A program made the translations under genes and the position numbers. DNA of 64,000 nt from Rotaria socialis (Eukaryota), in contig CAJNYD010000459.1 of NCBI GenBank assembly GCA_905331295.1, forward strand, positions 1 through 64,000, read 5' to 3'. This document shows, in pieces, positions 12,681 to 26,575 of this stretch; the first letter of the stretch is position 1, and each line of letters opens with the position of its first letter. Under the pieces are notes generated by a model. The model had not been told where the DNA came from, searched no databases, and saw only the letters and a program-made list of their open reading frames with translations.

Positions 12681-15353
12681 ATGAATAGTAATCGTAGTCT
12701 AATCAATATTCTATTGCTTGGCGCAGCCTTCATGGTCTTGTTCACAGCATTTCAGGCCACCGGTTTGGTCGAAGTAAGACTAAAATCATACAGATTGACT
12801 GATAAATTTATATCTCCTATAATCACTAGTAGCAAAGTGTACTTGAAGGAGTCAAGAATGAAACACTGAACGGGACTGATTTTCAAGGCAGTGGATATAT
12901 TAGGTGAGTGAATATTGACGTATGCTACATAAGATTTCCTCAATATGTGTGGCTTGTTTTAAGTCGCTATTGGATATCAATTAAATTGCCTTCTATAAGA
13001 AGAAAACATACTAAATAGAGCGAGATTTTGTAATGATTCCAAAGATAAAACGATGTACTTTTTTTTATTTTCTAACGTTTAAAATGACAAGTAACCATTT
13101 TTTGAAACAAGACTTTTAGGGTAATCATTTAACATATTTTCAATATTGTTAGCCTTGCTATTGTCTACGCGTGCGCAACGATAGCTAATATCTTGGCTCC
13201 GGCATTTGTCTTCATCTTTGGAGCACCTGTATCTATGTTCATTGGTGCATCCGCTTATTTGTAAGTGTCTACTATAGGTATTTTAATGTGTTGAACTTAA
13301 TATCATTCATAGCTTGTATGTTCTTTCGTTTCTATCACCAATGATCTGGTCATTCTATCTTACCTCGGTTTTACTTGGTGTCGGTGCAGCTATACTTTGG
13401 ACGGCAGAAGGTGCTTACCTGGCAGCTAATTCTGATGAACACACCACCAGTCGGAATACTGGTGTCTTTTGGGCATTGTTTCAATGCAGGTAAATCTTGT
13501 TACATGATTTTCTAATACATTTAATGGATCTTTTGGAAAAAACATAAATTCGCTTCAGTTTATTTTATATTTCAGTAGGAAGATGGTTTATTCCCTGTGA
13601 AATTTCTAACTTGTCTTGTGCTTCAGTCATAGCTCTCATGAAAAAACTTCCAAGAGTTTGGATATCAAATCTTTCAAAGCCTAAAATAAAATCACTTTCA
13701 TTACTTAAAAGGTAATGGCAGTCCTGTAACATCTCACAATTTAGTTCGGGTTCTACTCCTGTAAGACTGAACCGAGGAAGTCGATCTGTTATTATCATGT
13801 ATCTTTTCGTGTCAATCTATTTTGTTTGTACTCTGTTTTTATCAGTCTTCTTGGCGGTAATCTCTACGTTTATCTGTCGCTCAAAGCCGATGCCATCACG
13901 CGAACAACTCGATATCCACTATTTTTCGTCTTTTCAGTGGTATGTGCCGTGGGTTTGGTGATATATGCATGTATTATTTGGCGATGGTTAATCGAACGAC
14001 GTGGACAAAAATTACAATCAGATCCTATTGAACAAAAAACAGCGCTAAGTGATGTCATTGAAACGTTTAAGATCGCTCTAAGGCTCTTAAAAACACGAAA
14101 TATGCTTCTTCTATTAATTCCATTCGCCTATACAGGTATGAGATGAATTTCTTGATATTTGAAAGCTATTATCATGGCATTTTTGACACATTAGACAAGT
14201 ATTCGTACCTACTTGAAGGCATATAATCCTTGTGTAAAAAAATCTTCGTACAAAATACAGAAATCGACTACAGCAAATATTCTGTATAAAGACTTTTTTT
14301 ATAGGAGTTATATCACGTGTAAAAGCCCTTGTTAAATGCGTAATTGCCGACGCTAAAAACAGTCTTGCACGATAGCCATTTATCCTAATACAAATCCTAA
14401 TTGAACATAACTAGAAATGCACGTGGTACATTTCTCATTACACTTTCTACATAAAGGTTTTTCACAAACATTCTTTCAAACGGTCTATGCTACTTGCATT
14501 GGACATACAATCAAATATGGAAGTAATTAAGTCATTTTTATTCATAGCTTCAAAAATGAGATTAACTTTTATAGCAACTCGAAAACGACTCATTGGTTTA
14601 CATGGCGTACTTGTGGGTGTTGGCGAAATAATAGGCCAGTTTGACTTGTTGTTCGCAAATGATTTATTGTTGTAGAAAAATTATTAGGCGGTGGATTGTT
14701 TGGATTTATTACCAAACCGAAAACATCATCTCAGTGTGCTTTGGTCATCTTGATCGGATTTTTTCTACAAATTATTTTCTACTATTCGGCCTGGATCAAT
14801 TTTCCTGCTGATGCACCTGCAAATGAAACCAATGCTGAATCATACTTTCAATTTAGGTTAGGCATGATGCATCCGTGAAAATTAGTCACGAGTTTCTTTT
14901 CCTTTTGCCAGTTCATCAACAAGTCAAGTTATTGCTTTTGTCGGTTCTTTTATAGTCGGACTTGGAGACAGTGCTTTAAATACACAGGTATGCTGTTCGG
15001 TATTTTCAGCTGGATTCCAATGATAAGTGGTTTGTTTTAGCTGTTCACTGTACTGGCTAGTCAATTTAAGCATTCGAGTGCTTCGGCGTTCGCTCTTTTT
15101 CAGCTCGTTCAAGTACCGATTGTCTATTTACCATATTTTTATATGCGTTGCATTTTAGGGCATAGCATCGGCGATTGCCTACTCTTACGCTGGTTCATTG
15201 GATCTACAGTATCAACTGTTAGTCGTGGTGGTTTTCCTCATTCTAAGTGCACTTGCCTTCTTCTGTGTCTTGTTTGGCAAAGCCATCTCCCAGCCATTGA
15301 AAGTTGGATTCGAGCAGGAAAATGAAGTCTATCCTTTGTTAACTGCATTATAA
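12681..15353 (+). CDS. MFSD11: UNC93-like MFS protein MFSD11, multi-exon
   Basis: Exons translate to LLGAAFMVLFTAFQ, GSGYIS, LLGVGAAILWTAEGAYL, SRNTGVFWALFQ, GLHGVLVGVGEI, GLGDSALNTQ, SAFALFQLVQ; stop TAA 15351-15353. Confidence 0.9.
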
Positions 15354-15949
15354 ATAATTAATAAAAAGCATAAAATACCCCATTACTCAAATCGAATGCT
15401 TCTTTTCGCGATCTTTTTCTATGAGTAGGAACCGATCGATCAGAAGACTATCATTGATGCTTATTGGCTGAAATAATATTACAATGCCACCAGCATACAT
15501 GTGATAGTTTCTGACAAGAACATAGTAGTATTGAATTCAACGAATATCAGGTATCAACGATATATATTTTATTATTTTCATTTTTTGAAAATAAAAAAGA
15601 CATTGAAAATCACACTTTTCTTTGTACCTCATTTAATTATTTGACATCAATGCATATCTACTTAGATATTAGTAGAATATTCTTTGTTAATTAGAAACTG
15701 GATTATTTTGACTTGCAAGATATGATAATATTGCAGATTTTGAGATGATGAAGCCAATATAGTATCTTTCACACAGCTCATTTTTACTAAGCATTACTTT
15801 GTATATTTCGCCATGGATCGTGTGAGAAGAGGTAAAAAATGTGCGTATTTCTGTTGCATATGTAATAAACACAGATGTACCTTATCTCTTCGACTTGTGA
15901 TAAGTACTCTCTTACTTTCTCTTTCGAATCAAAGTTATCATCGTCAAAG

Positions 15950-17241
15950 ATGCAGAAACATCATATATACAATTGTAAGTGAATGAGTGAGAGCACTCGC
16001 AGTCGTTTATAGTGATCGATGCTCATCTATTCTAGTTGTCATCGTGTTCTTCTCTCTCTTGCCTTTGGGGTCAGCGAAAATAAGTCCTTGTGCAAAGTGG
16101 AGTAGCAATGGCATTACAGTGGCTGGTACTGCCACAGTTGGAAACTCGTCGGCAGAGCTCACACTTCCCCATGGAATATTTTTTCATAGAAAAAGCAACA
16201 CCTTGTATGTAGCCGATTTGGGTAATACTCGCGTTCAAATGTTTTCACTTAATCAACCATCAACTGGTGGCACCACTGCAGTGTTCAAAGTGGTCGAACC
16301 TAATAAAATCTATGTTGACGACGATGATGATGATGATACTGGACCGACAATTTACATTGCTGTGTTTGTCGGTAATCGAGTCGAAAAGTGGACGAAAGGA
16401 GCAACACACGGTATTCAAATCGGTGATGAATGTCGCTCGTGTTCGGGTGTATCGGTTGACAGAGAAAAAAATGTCTACATGTCAGAATCGGATAGACATC
16501 GGGTGCTCAAATGGTCACCTCGAACAAATACAACAACAATTGTCGCTGGACAAACCGATGAAAGAGGATCATCAAGTGAACAGCTCAGCAATCCTGAAGC
16601 GATCTATATCGATCAAACCAGCGGTATATTCTATGTGGCCGACTCCCATAATAATCGGATTCAAAAATTGATGAAAGATTCACTAGAGGCTATCACTGTA
16701 GCTGGATCGAAAACTGATAGTCCAGGAACAGATGTTGGATCGTTGGCTGATCCGACTGGTGTATGGGTCGACGAAGAAACAAATGTGGTCTATGTAGCGG
16801 ATACATTGAACAACAGAGTTGAACGATGGCTGCCCGATGCATCAAAGGGAGATACAATTGCTGGCGGATTTGGTATGTACATGATAGCTTAGATTTTAAA
16901 ATAAAATGTGAAAATGAATATCGAGATATAATTGAATTTAAATTTTCTCACACAAGGTTCTGGTGGTGCAGAAAATCAATTTAACACACCCAATGATTTG
17001 ACATTCGATAGCGAAGGCAATCTCTACGTGAGTGACACTTGGAATCATCGTATACAACTTTTTCGTATCATCGATAACCATCCGTGTACTCCAACATCGA
17101 CAGGTAACTATGCAATTATTTGATTTGATTGTTTTCCTCAACAAGTCTTTTTTTGCTTTCATATGTGCAGTTTGTAACTCCATTCTTCCCTATTCACAGA
17201 GAAATACTAAGAAAAGGAAAAGAAAAGAAGTAGACGGATAA
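15950..17241 (+). CDS. Secreted NHL-repeat beta-propeller protein; exons 15950-15974, 16036-16872, 16957-17103, 17171-17241
   Basis: A 61-nt first intron gives the signal peptide MQKHHIYNFVIVFFSLLPLGSA. NHL repeats include LYVADLGNTRVQ, FYVADSHNNRIQK, VYVADTLNNRVERW and LYVSDTWNHRIQLF. All introns are phase 1. Confidence 0.88.
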
Positions 17242-17327
17242 ATACAAATAAAAACGTTGTGATTTCTGAGTATCATTCAATGTTCATAGAATAATATGAT
17301 CTGGTAGCTGCTTTTAGCTTTCTAAGC

Positions 17328-19016
17328 ATGTTTTCTATTCTGTATGTTTGCACCTGTCGACGATTCCTTTGTACTTTAGTGCGACCAGAAGCTCAAATAT
17401 GCCAAGACGCTGCTCCATATGATCCATGCTCGACGAACGAAGCCTGTAGCTGTCTTCCTCTAATGAATACTAACAACGATGGTATCTGTGCTTCCCTGTA
17501 TGTCAAATGTTCTGAATTGATTTCCTGTGCAAACAATAACCGAACATGCTATCGACCTGGTCATCTATGTGTGAACCATTCACGATGCCACAGTACTCCA
17601 TTGTGTTATCCAGCGAACATGGCGCTTCCAGCTCTGTGTCCACCAATCTCACCAATGAAAAAGAGTAAGAAATGCAAACGAAGAACTTCCAGCATTTACC
17701 CTCTCATCATAGAAAGATGATTCTTGTTTAAAGCAAGAAATAATAGCGAAAAGTACCTCTAAAATTATTATAATCATTCGAACATAAGACTTTGATCCAT
17801 TATTTTTCCATTTCGAATTGCTTATAGAGATAAAGCTTTTGAACTCATCGTTTGCCTGCTAAAACAATAAAGAAATCTAAAAACTTTGTATTTCAATTAT
17901 TGAGCAGATTTCATTTTGAAAAATATAAAAGTATACTCGCGTAATTCAGCGATCTAGCAGAGGGTTCCATAATTAATATGCAAATTTTTCCATCTAGAAT
18001 GGTCTAAAACCAGTAGTATGAATCATACGCGACGGTCACACACAGCAACGGTATTAATAAATGGGAAAGTCTTAGTGGCCGGTGGGTTTGGCAATGGTGC
18101 TATAAGTAACGCAGAATTGTATGATCCATCAACAGAAACTTGGACGACTATTGCTAGCATGAATGATGCACGAGGTGAACATACAACATCGATACTAATG
18201 AATGGAAAAGTGTTAATTACTGGTGGACTTGCTAGTCACGATTTTCTAAATAGTAGTGAGTTATATGATCCATCCACAGAGACTTGGACAACTACTGGTA
18301 GCATGACTAATGCGCGAGGTGAACATATAACTTCCATATTACCAGATGGAAAAGTGTTAGTTACTGGTGGATATGGCGATGGCCATTGGTTGAATAGTGC
18401 TGAGCTATATGATCCATCGACAGAAACTTGGACAACTACTGGTAGTATGAATAATACTCGCAGTGAACACACATCATCCGTATTAGCAAACGGAAATGTT
18501 TTAGTAACCGGTGGACATGTTAGTCGTGATCCTCTAGCTGGTGCTGAATTGTATGATCCACCAACAGAAACTTGGACAACTACTAGTAGCATGAAAAGCG
18601 CACGAAGCGAACACACAGCATCCGTATTAATGAATGGAAAAGTATTAGTTGCCGGTGGATCAAATTATAGTTATAGTTTAAATAGCGCTGAATTATATGA
18701 CCCGTCGACACAAACATGGACAATCACTGGTAGTATGAATCATGCGCGATGGAAACACACAGCATCCGTTTTAAAAAATGGAAAGGTGTTAGTTACTGGT
18801 GGATTTGATCACAGTGCGCTAAACAGTGCTGAAATATATGATCCATCAACCGAACTCTGGACAACTATCGGTAACATGAATGATGCACGGGGTGAGCACG
18901 CAGCATCTGTATTAACGAATGAAAAAGTGTTAGTTACTGGTGGATCTCGTGGTGGTATGGCTTTGAAAAGTGCAGAACTACACAAATTGATTGCACTAGA
19001 TGACAGACATCGTTAA
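17328..19016 (+). CDS. Cys-rich N-terminal domain + 7 kelch repeats; exons 17328-17664 and 17998-19016 (5' end uncertain)
   Basis: Cys-rich ORF 17328..17720 with donor AAG A|gtaaga (phase 1). Acceptor ttccatctag|AA TGG TCT AAA is in frame with the 332-aa kelch ORF. Confidence 0.8.
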
Positions 19017-20622
19017 AATGAAATTTAATTTTTCAGATTCGATTTTCGAATCGAATGGGGTAATTCTGTTTTTTCACTTCTCTCTCCCATCTTTTTATCT
19101 ATATATACGCACACCCAAAATGTTTCAGTATTCGATAAGAAAAATATTAATATTAATTTAAGATAAGTACTTAATACAAAAAGAAAACCGTTGTAAGACC
19201 AAGTTAATGTTCACTATTGAAGATTGTTCAGATGAATGATTTTCCATGCCGTTCCTAAAAGTCAATGATAGTTTGAAGTAGAACGCTTATTTAATTGATT
19301 CAAATGAAAGTAAAGGAGAGAATTATTAGTATTTTTTTAAAATTATACTGATTAAATTTACACCGATATTCGAGCTATAATAAAAAAAAAGCAAAGATTT
19401 CTACGTACACACGTGTACCTTAACAAATTTGTCATACAAAACTAACTCAATTCAAAGTTCTATTATTTACCTGGAATTTAATCTCAATACCCTCAATTCT
19501 ATGCCATGCCCAGAAAAATAAGGTAAGATCACATATCTTCGAGTTGCATTTTACGTGTAAACGTATCTTCCATTTCTTTGTATGTTAAATTTAATTTTTT
19601 GCTCCACCACCAATAAAACCAATACGTATTAGTATTTGTGACATATCGTTAGCATCGTTTTACTTCAGCCATAGCTCTGGAGTTTGACCTGCTTATTGTG
19701 AGAAATAATCGCGATCTGAAAAATATGATTCGTATTATGTCATGGATATCGTCATAAAAGTGATTGAGATTTTTGCTGAGAAATTTTAATCTGCAAGAAG
19801 GCACATACACGTAAACTATGCTCTCCCTTGGATAATGCTTGTGAATGTAAGTGGTAGTTCTATTTGAAGGGAAATAAGTCAATTGATTTTAACGATCTAT
19901 GAATCAAATCAAAAATGTTTTTGCAACTCAACCCAAGTCTAAAAGATGATGTCTCACAACAACATCTTGAGGGTGTGTGCGTGTGAAAATGAAAATAGCA
20001 GGCCGCGCCCATAGTGTGACAAGGTCAAACTCGAAAAATTTAAGAAATCAGTAATAGAACCGAATTTATTTGGCCTCGGAAACCATGGTTCCTATTCAAT
20101 AGACAAGATTATTATTGTCCCAATGATGGTATAGATCACTTCAGATCGACAACTAGAACGCATAAATTTACTGTTAGTTTGCAGTGGACCAATACTCGGT
20201 CGTTATGACATCCAAAATTAAGTATGTTTGTGATATTTATACGAGTTTTTACAGTTTTTCTTCGCCTGACTTGACAATTGATTTTTACACGTTTTCGAAC
20301 ATGTGCAAATGCTTGGACATACCTTCGCTTTTATATTGTCACCATCTGTTCTCGACTTCCTGTGAATGAAGACAGAAGTGGATAGCTGCAACGGCGGTAA
20401 CCGTGACAATGACCAAATATCGTGATCATGCTGGACTGTAGTTAACAGTTATAAATGCAAACGAAACTTTATGAAGAAAATAATAGTTGTGGTTCTAAAA
20501 TCATTTATGCATGACGAACCAAAAAAGGAGAGGACATTGTAGCGAAAAAGAAACATGGATATTTTGAATATTGTTATCGAAAAACATGAAACGAAGTTTG
20601 GAATGTTGATTGTTGTCGTCGT

Positions 20623-22427
<1,805 letters not shown>

Positions 22428-22905
22428 ATTTATTGTTATTTATGTTGAAGATAAAACGAGCGAAGTAGATGATAGTTAATCTATAAATTGGTATGGCAAA
22501 AGAAAATTTTAAAAGAATAAAAAATCAAAGTTGAAAAGGGTAAAATAGAAAAAAAACAGTATTATTTTGAAATCGAAACGTCATTTCTAGACTTTTTATG
22601 ACGACTTCGGTGCGATAAAATTTCTTGTTCGAAAAGACTGCCCTATAGAAAAAGACGCATACTGCGTGTTTTATACTCTTCTACTGATGTGCATTATAAA
22701 TGTCGTAATAGAAAAGAAAAAAGAAAATCTCTAGCGAGTATGATGTATCCATAGTGAACTTGTTATTCTCTCCTATACAAAATTTCGCCGTTGTGTATAC
22801 TCTTGCATTGACGACATCATGAATATAAACTTTTACGTCGAAATTTCTTGAAGGAAATAATCGATCATGGGTAGCAGAGGTAGTGGCAACAGATTTTTCT
22901 TTTTT

Positions 22906-22968
22906 TTCTTCGTCTTCTTGTTCTTCTTCGTCGTCTTCTTCTTCTTCTTCTTCTTCTTCTTTTTCTTC
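22906..22968. repeat. Imperfect (TTC)n polypyrimidine microsatellite upstream of beta-tubulin
   Basis: ttcttcgtcttcttgttcttcttcgtcgtc(ttc)n; explains the spurious poly-E/R/F/S ORFs here. Confidence 0.9.
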
Positions 22969-25900
22969 TCTTGCAGTCATAATATTTGCAGAGCATCACT
23001 TCAATTGTCGAGCAAAATTGTTGTACAAAATATTTTGTACAGAATCTATCGTTAGAATTGATATCACACATTCTATCGGTTCAAAAAATTGATCAAGCCG
23101 CTTCAATACTATTTAGCAGTTAAAAGTTAAAAGTATTACAATAATATTACTAGATAGCCTTCAGGCTACTGCCACTTTTCTGTAAATATCAGTTTTTGTG
23201 CACCTATCATCACTCAATAGAGACGAGAATACACGATACGATGAAATGTTTATTTCTTGAAAGCACACCAAAACTAGAGATTTTCATAAAAATTGTTGTA
23301 CCGGTACGTACATTCGATAAGTCTCATTTTTTTTCCAAATATATCTTAGTACAGAACGTCAATAGCAAGACTAAATAAAACTATTCAAACAGCCGTCTAT
23401 TCTTTTACCAAGTTCGCATGCACTATGGTGGTGTTTCTTTCTTGCCGTACTCATGGATATCAATGTTTGTGCTTTTGTTTTTTTTCTAGTCGTGAAGAGA
23501 GAAAAAAAACATTCTCTATCAAGCGACTAAAGGACTCCTTCCAAATATTATATGTTCTAATAACACTCGCTGCTTTCATAACGGTAATTTTCTATCCCGA
23601 GAAAAATAAAAGTGCACTTTCTCCTTTTTTTTTCTGTTTACACATTGCCCATGTGTTCGATTGCAATCGAAGTGTGATAGAATTGTGACCGTAATTGCGC
23701 AAATCTGCAACATTATTGTTAAGAAAACAGGCTACATGGTTGGTGACGTGCAGGAATAAAATGATTTGTTTTTTTCTCGATAAACCATATGCATTCGGTA
23801 CGTTGAAACAAACATTTTCAGCATAGTAACACTGCCGCTGATTATTTCTTTAAACATTGAAGAAGCGAAGCGAGAAAGTCCACCAAAGAAAAATAAATGT
23901 ACTTTTATTTATTTTTTTCTTACTAAAGTCTTCGCTACGAAAGTGGCGAATGTTATTAGAGAAGCATCGATTTTGAAACAAAATTCAAATTGTTTGTTAC
24001 ACATTGTTTTCTCTGCAAACTTGTGCTCTTTGGGTATGGGTGTAACTGTCGGTCTTTCTTAATATTCACACCCATAGCAACAGGCACACCCAAAACAAAA
24101 ATCAACAATAAAGATTGATAGTGTCGTGAATCCTTTGTTAATTAGTTATTTTCCTTTCAAACTACAGTCAGCAACAATCCCAAAATTCATGAATCAATTT
24201 TTGGCTGTGTTGGAGTAGCGTGGAAATCAATAAGAAATATTTATTGGTTGCAATTCATTAAAAACTTTCATACGGTTGAAGAATATTTTTTTAGCATAAG
24301 AATCATCGTAGGCTACAAAAAAAGTCTCGTTTAGGATGATCAATAGTTTAAAAAAATTTTCTAAATTACAACCGTGAGTTACGAATGATTGACTCAATCC
24401 AATGTTAACAATTGTATCACATATCATTGTCATTTTGAGTAGATCATCGACTACCTCTATCAGTATGAATTTGGAAAATAAATTCAGCGCTTGAAAGACT
24501 CACTTTGGTGGTCATCTTCTACTCCATTGCATATTTCGATCTTTGGATACTATCGTTCCTTTAAGAAATTCGTTTTCACTTTACACGACGGCATTCGCTA
24601 TGCAACCTCAGAGTTAACAAATCAGAGTCGACATTCTGACTGAGCAAATGAGATACAGTAGTGTCAGTGTCTTGGTAAATCTTATTTCTCTTATTAAAAA
24701 GCAGTGCTGATACATATGGTCCAATCACGGGTGTTCTGTGCACCGGAATACGTGAGGATTCATTCCCTGTACACGATTATTCATCTGTACTTGAAACTTC
24801 AATCATCTGCGAGTTACGAATGAAATAAATTTGAATTGGTCGAAATGGATATCGTCAGAGTTTTGTTTAAAATAGAACGAGAATGAAGTTCAGCAATGTC
24901 AGGATTTAATTAAAAACAAAAAAGCAAGATGATGAGAGAAACTACATGGTTTATTGGTCGGTTGATGGCGAACTTATACGCTGTTTTTTCTGTTGTTCTA
25001 CAATCTTTTTTTTTCAAGTCAAAATTTATTATGAACGATGAAATAGTAAAAAAGAAGATCATCTTTGAATAAGTTCAATAGCTTTATTTATGATACCAAT
25101 CAAATATTGTTCAAATGTAAGCAATAATCACAATGTTTTAAGTTTTTAAAATTTTACTCTGTCGGATGATTAAATTATTGAATTTATTTTATTAAAAATG
25201 AAGTCGTAGTTCACCCCGATAGCATTAAATGATTCGTTGATCAATAGAAACAGAAAACATGATCACCGTATCCTTGGTGATTGTAAGGAAAGGAATTTCG
25301 AATGATTCAATATCATATAAACCGAATTCGCCAGAAGAAATGAATTTAACTACGTCATGACTCATCGCTAAAAATCGTCTTTTACATTTTCAATATTGAT
25401 TAATAATTATCGTTATAATTTAATGCAATCGGTACCGATCGCTGCTTGCTAATGAACTCCGGCCATCAATTTTAAAGATAGATTCTGCAATCGTAATTGT
25501 TTACGATTTCTAATCATTAGCAACTTTAAAAACAATCAAAACTATGCGCTAAGTGGCTCGTCAACATTGTAAGCATGAAATTACGTGACACAAAAAAAGT
25601 TTGCAAAGCGATGCATTTTTCATAGTACACATAATAACAAATATATTATGGAAAAATAGCACTGCTAGCCCTTCATCTTGAATTATTTCAACTTGACACA
25701 CCCAACTGTAGGCGCAATTTATTTGAATATACAAATGAAGAGATAAATAGAAAAGAATTTACGTTTCTGTACTTCTCTCTGTGACTTACAGCTATTATAA
25801 ATTTTTGAGCATTATGAAAGTGTCTGCAACATTTCCAAAATATTTATTCATTGTCATCAAAGACTTAATCGATGCAACCAAACAGAATGTTTCTACTGGA

Positions 25901-26575
25901 AAAAAAAGTGGCAGGCATTATTTTCAACCGGGTCAAGAATCCTCACTATATACCCAATCATTCGACTTGCTTGAAAAAAGCTGTTATCATGTAGAAGAGA
26001 TACGTCAACCCGAATTCTAACATGTGGTGACTCAGCCTGACTGGATTTGGATTTTGAAAATCGACAAAATTCATTCATGAAAATGAGGACAAACTAATAA
26101 AATCTCATGCGGCGATATAAATTTCTAGATAGAATCAAAAGGATGTAAAAATAGCGAAACATATCTAATGATTTTAGTTTTTTTTAATTGAAATTACGTC
26201 ACGATAGAGAACATAAAAATCTGCTCTATACTGATGACTGTAAATTGTTTAACAATATTTGACTTCAAAACGACAAGCATTTATTTGTGCTATACTTGCA
26301 GTCATAGCTTCAGCTTATTAATTTGTTTTGATAGGTGTACTTCATTCAATAGCAAGGAAATCGATTTTTATTTGTATCACCCGTATCCATGCACTCAAAA
26401 ATTGTTCTTTGGTGGAAAATCAAAATAAAAGAACAAGTTCTTTTTTTCTCCATAAAAAGCAAGTAACGACATCTATGGATTAATGAACTTTCTTTAACGT
26501 CGAGGATGTAACTTGGATACCCAAGTACCAAATGGTTATTTTTTGTTTGAAACATTATCATTTTACGATTTAACG

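Noticed and set aside
22681..23092. Poly-E, poly-R, poly-F and poly-S ORFs in four frames
   Set aside because: All arise from the (TTC)n microsatellite; there is no other coding signal.
24490..24790. Possible K+ channel pore relic (DSLWWS...FGY/IVP...GVLCTG)
   Set aside because: Needs several frameshifts and lacks an intact TVGYG; cannot be distinguished from chance without a translated search.
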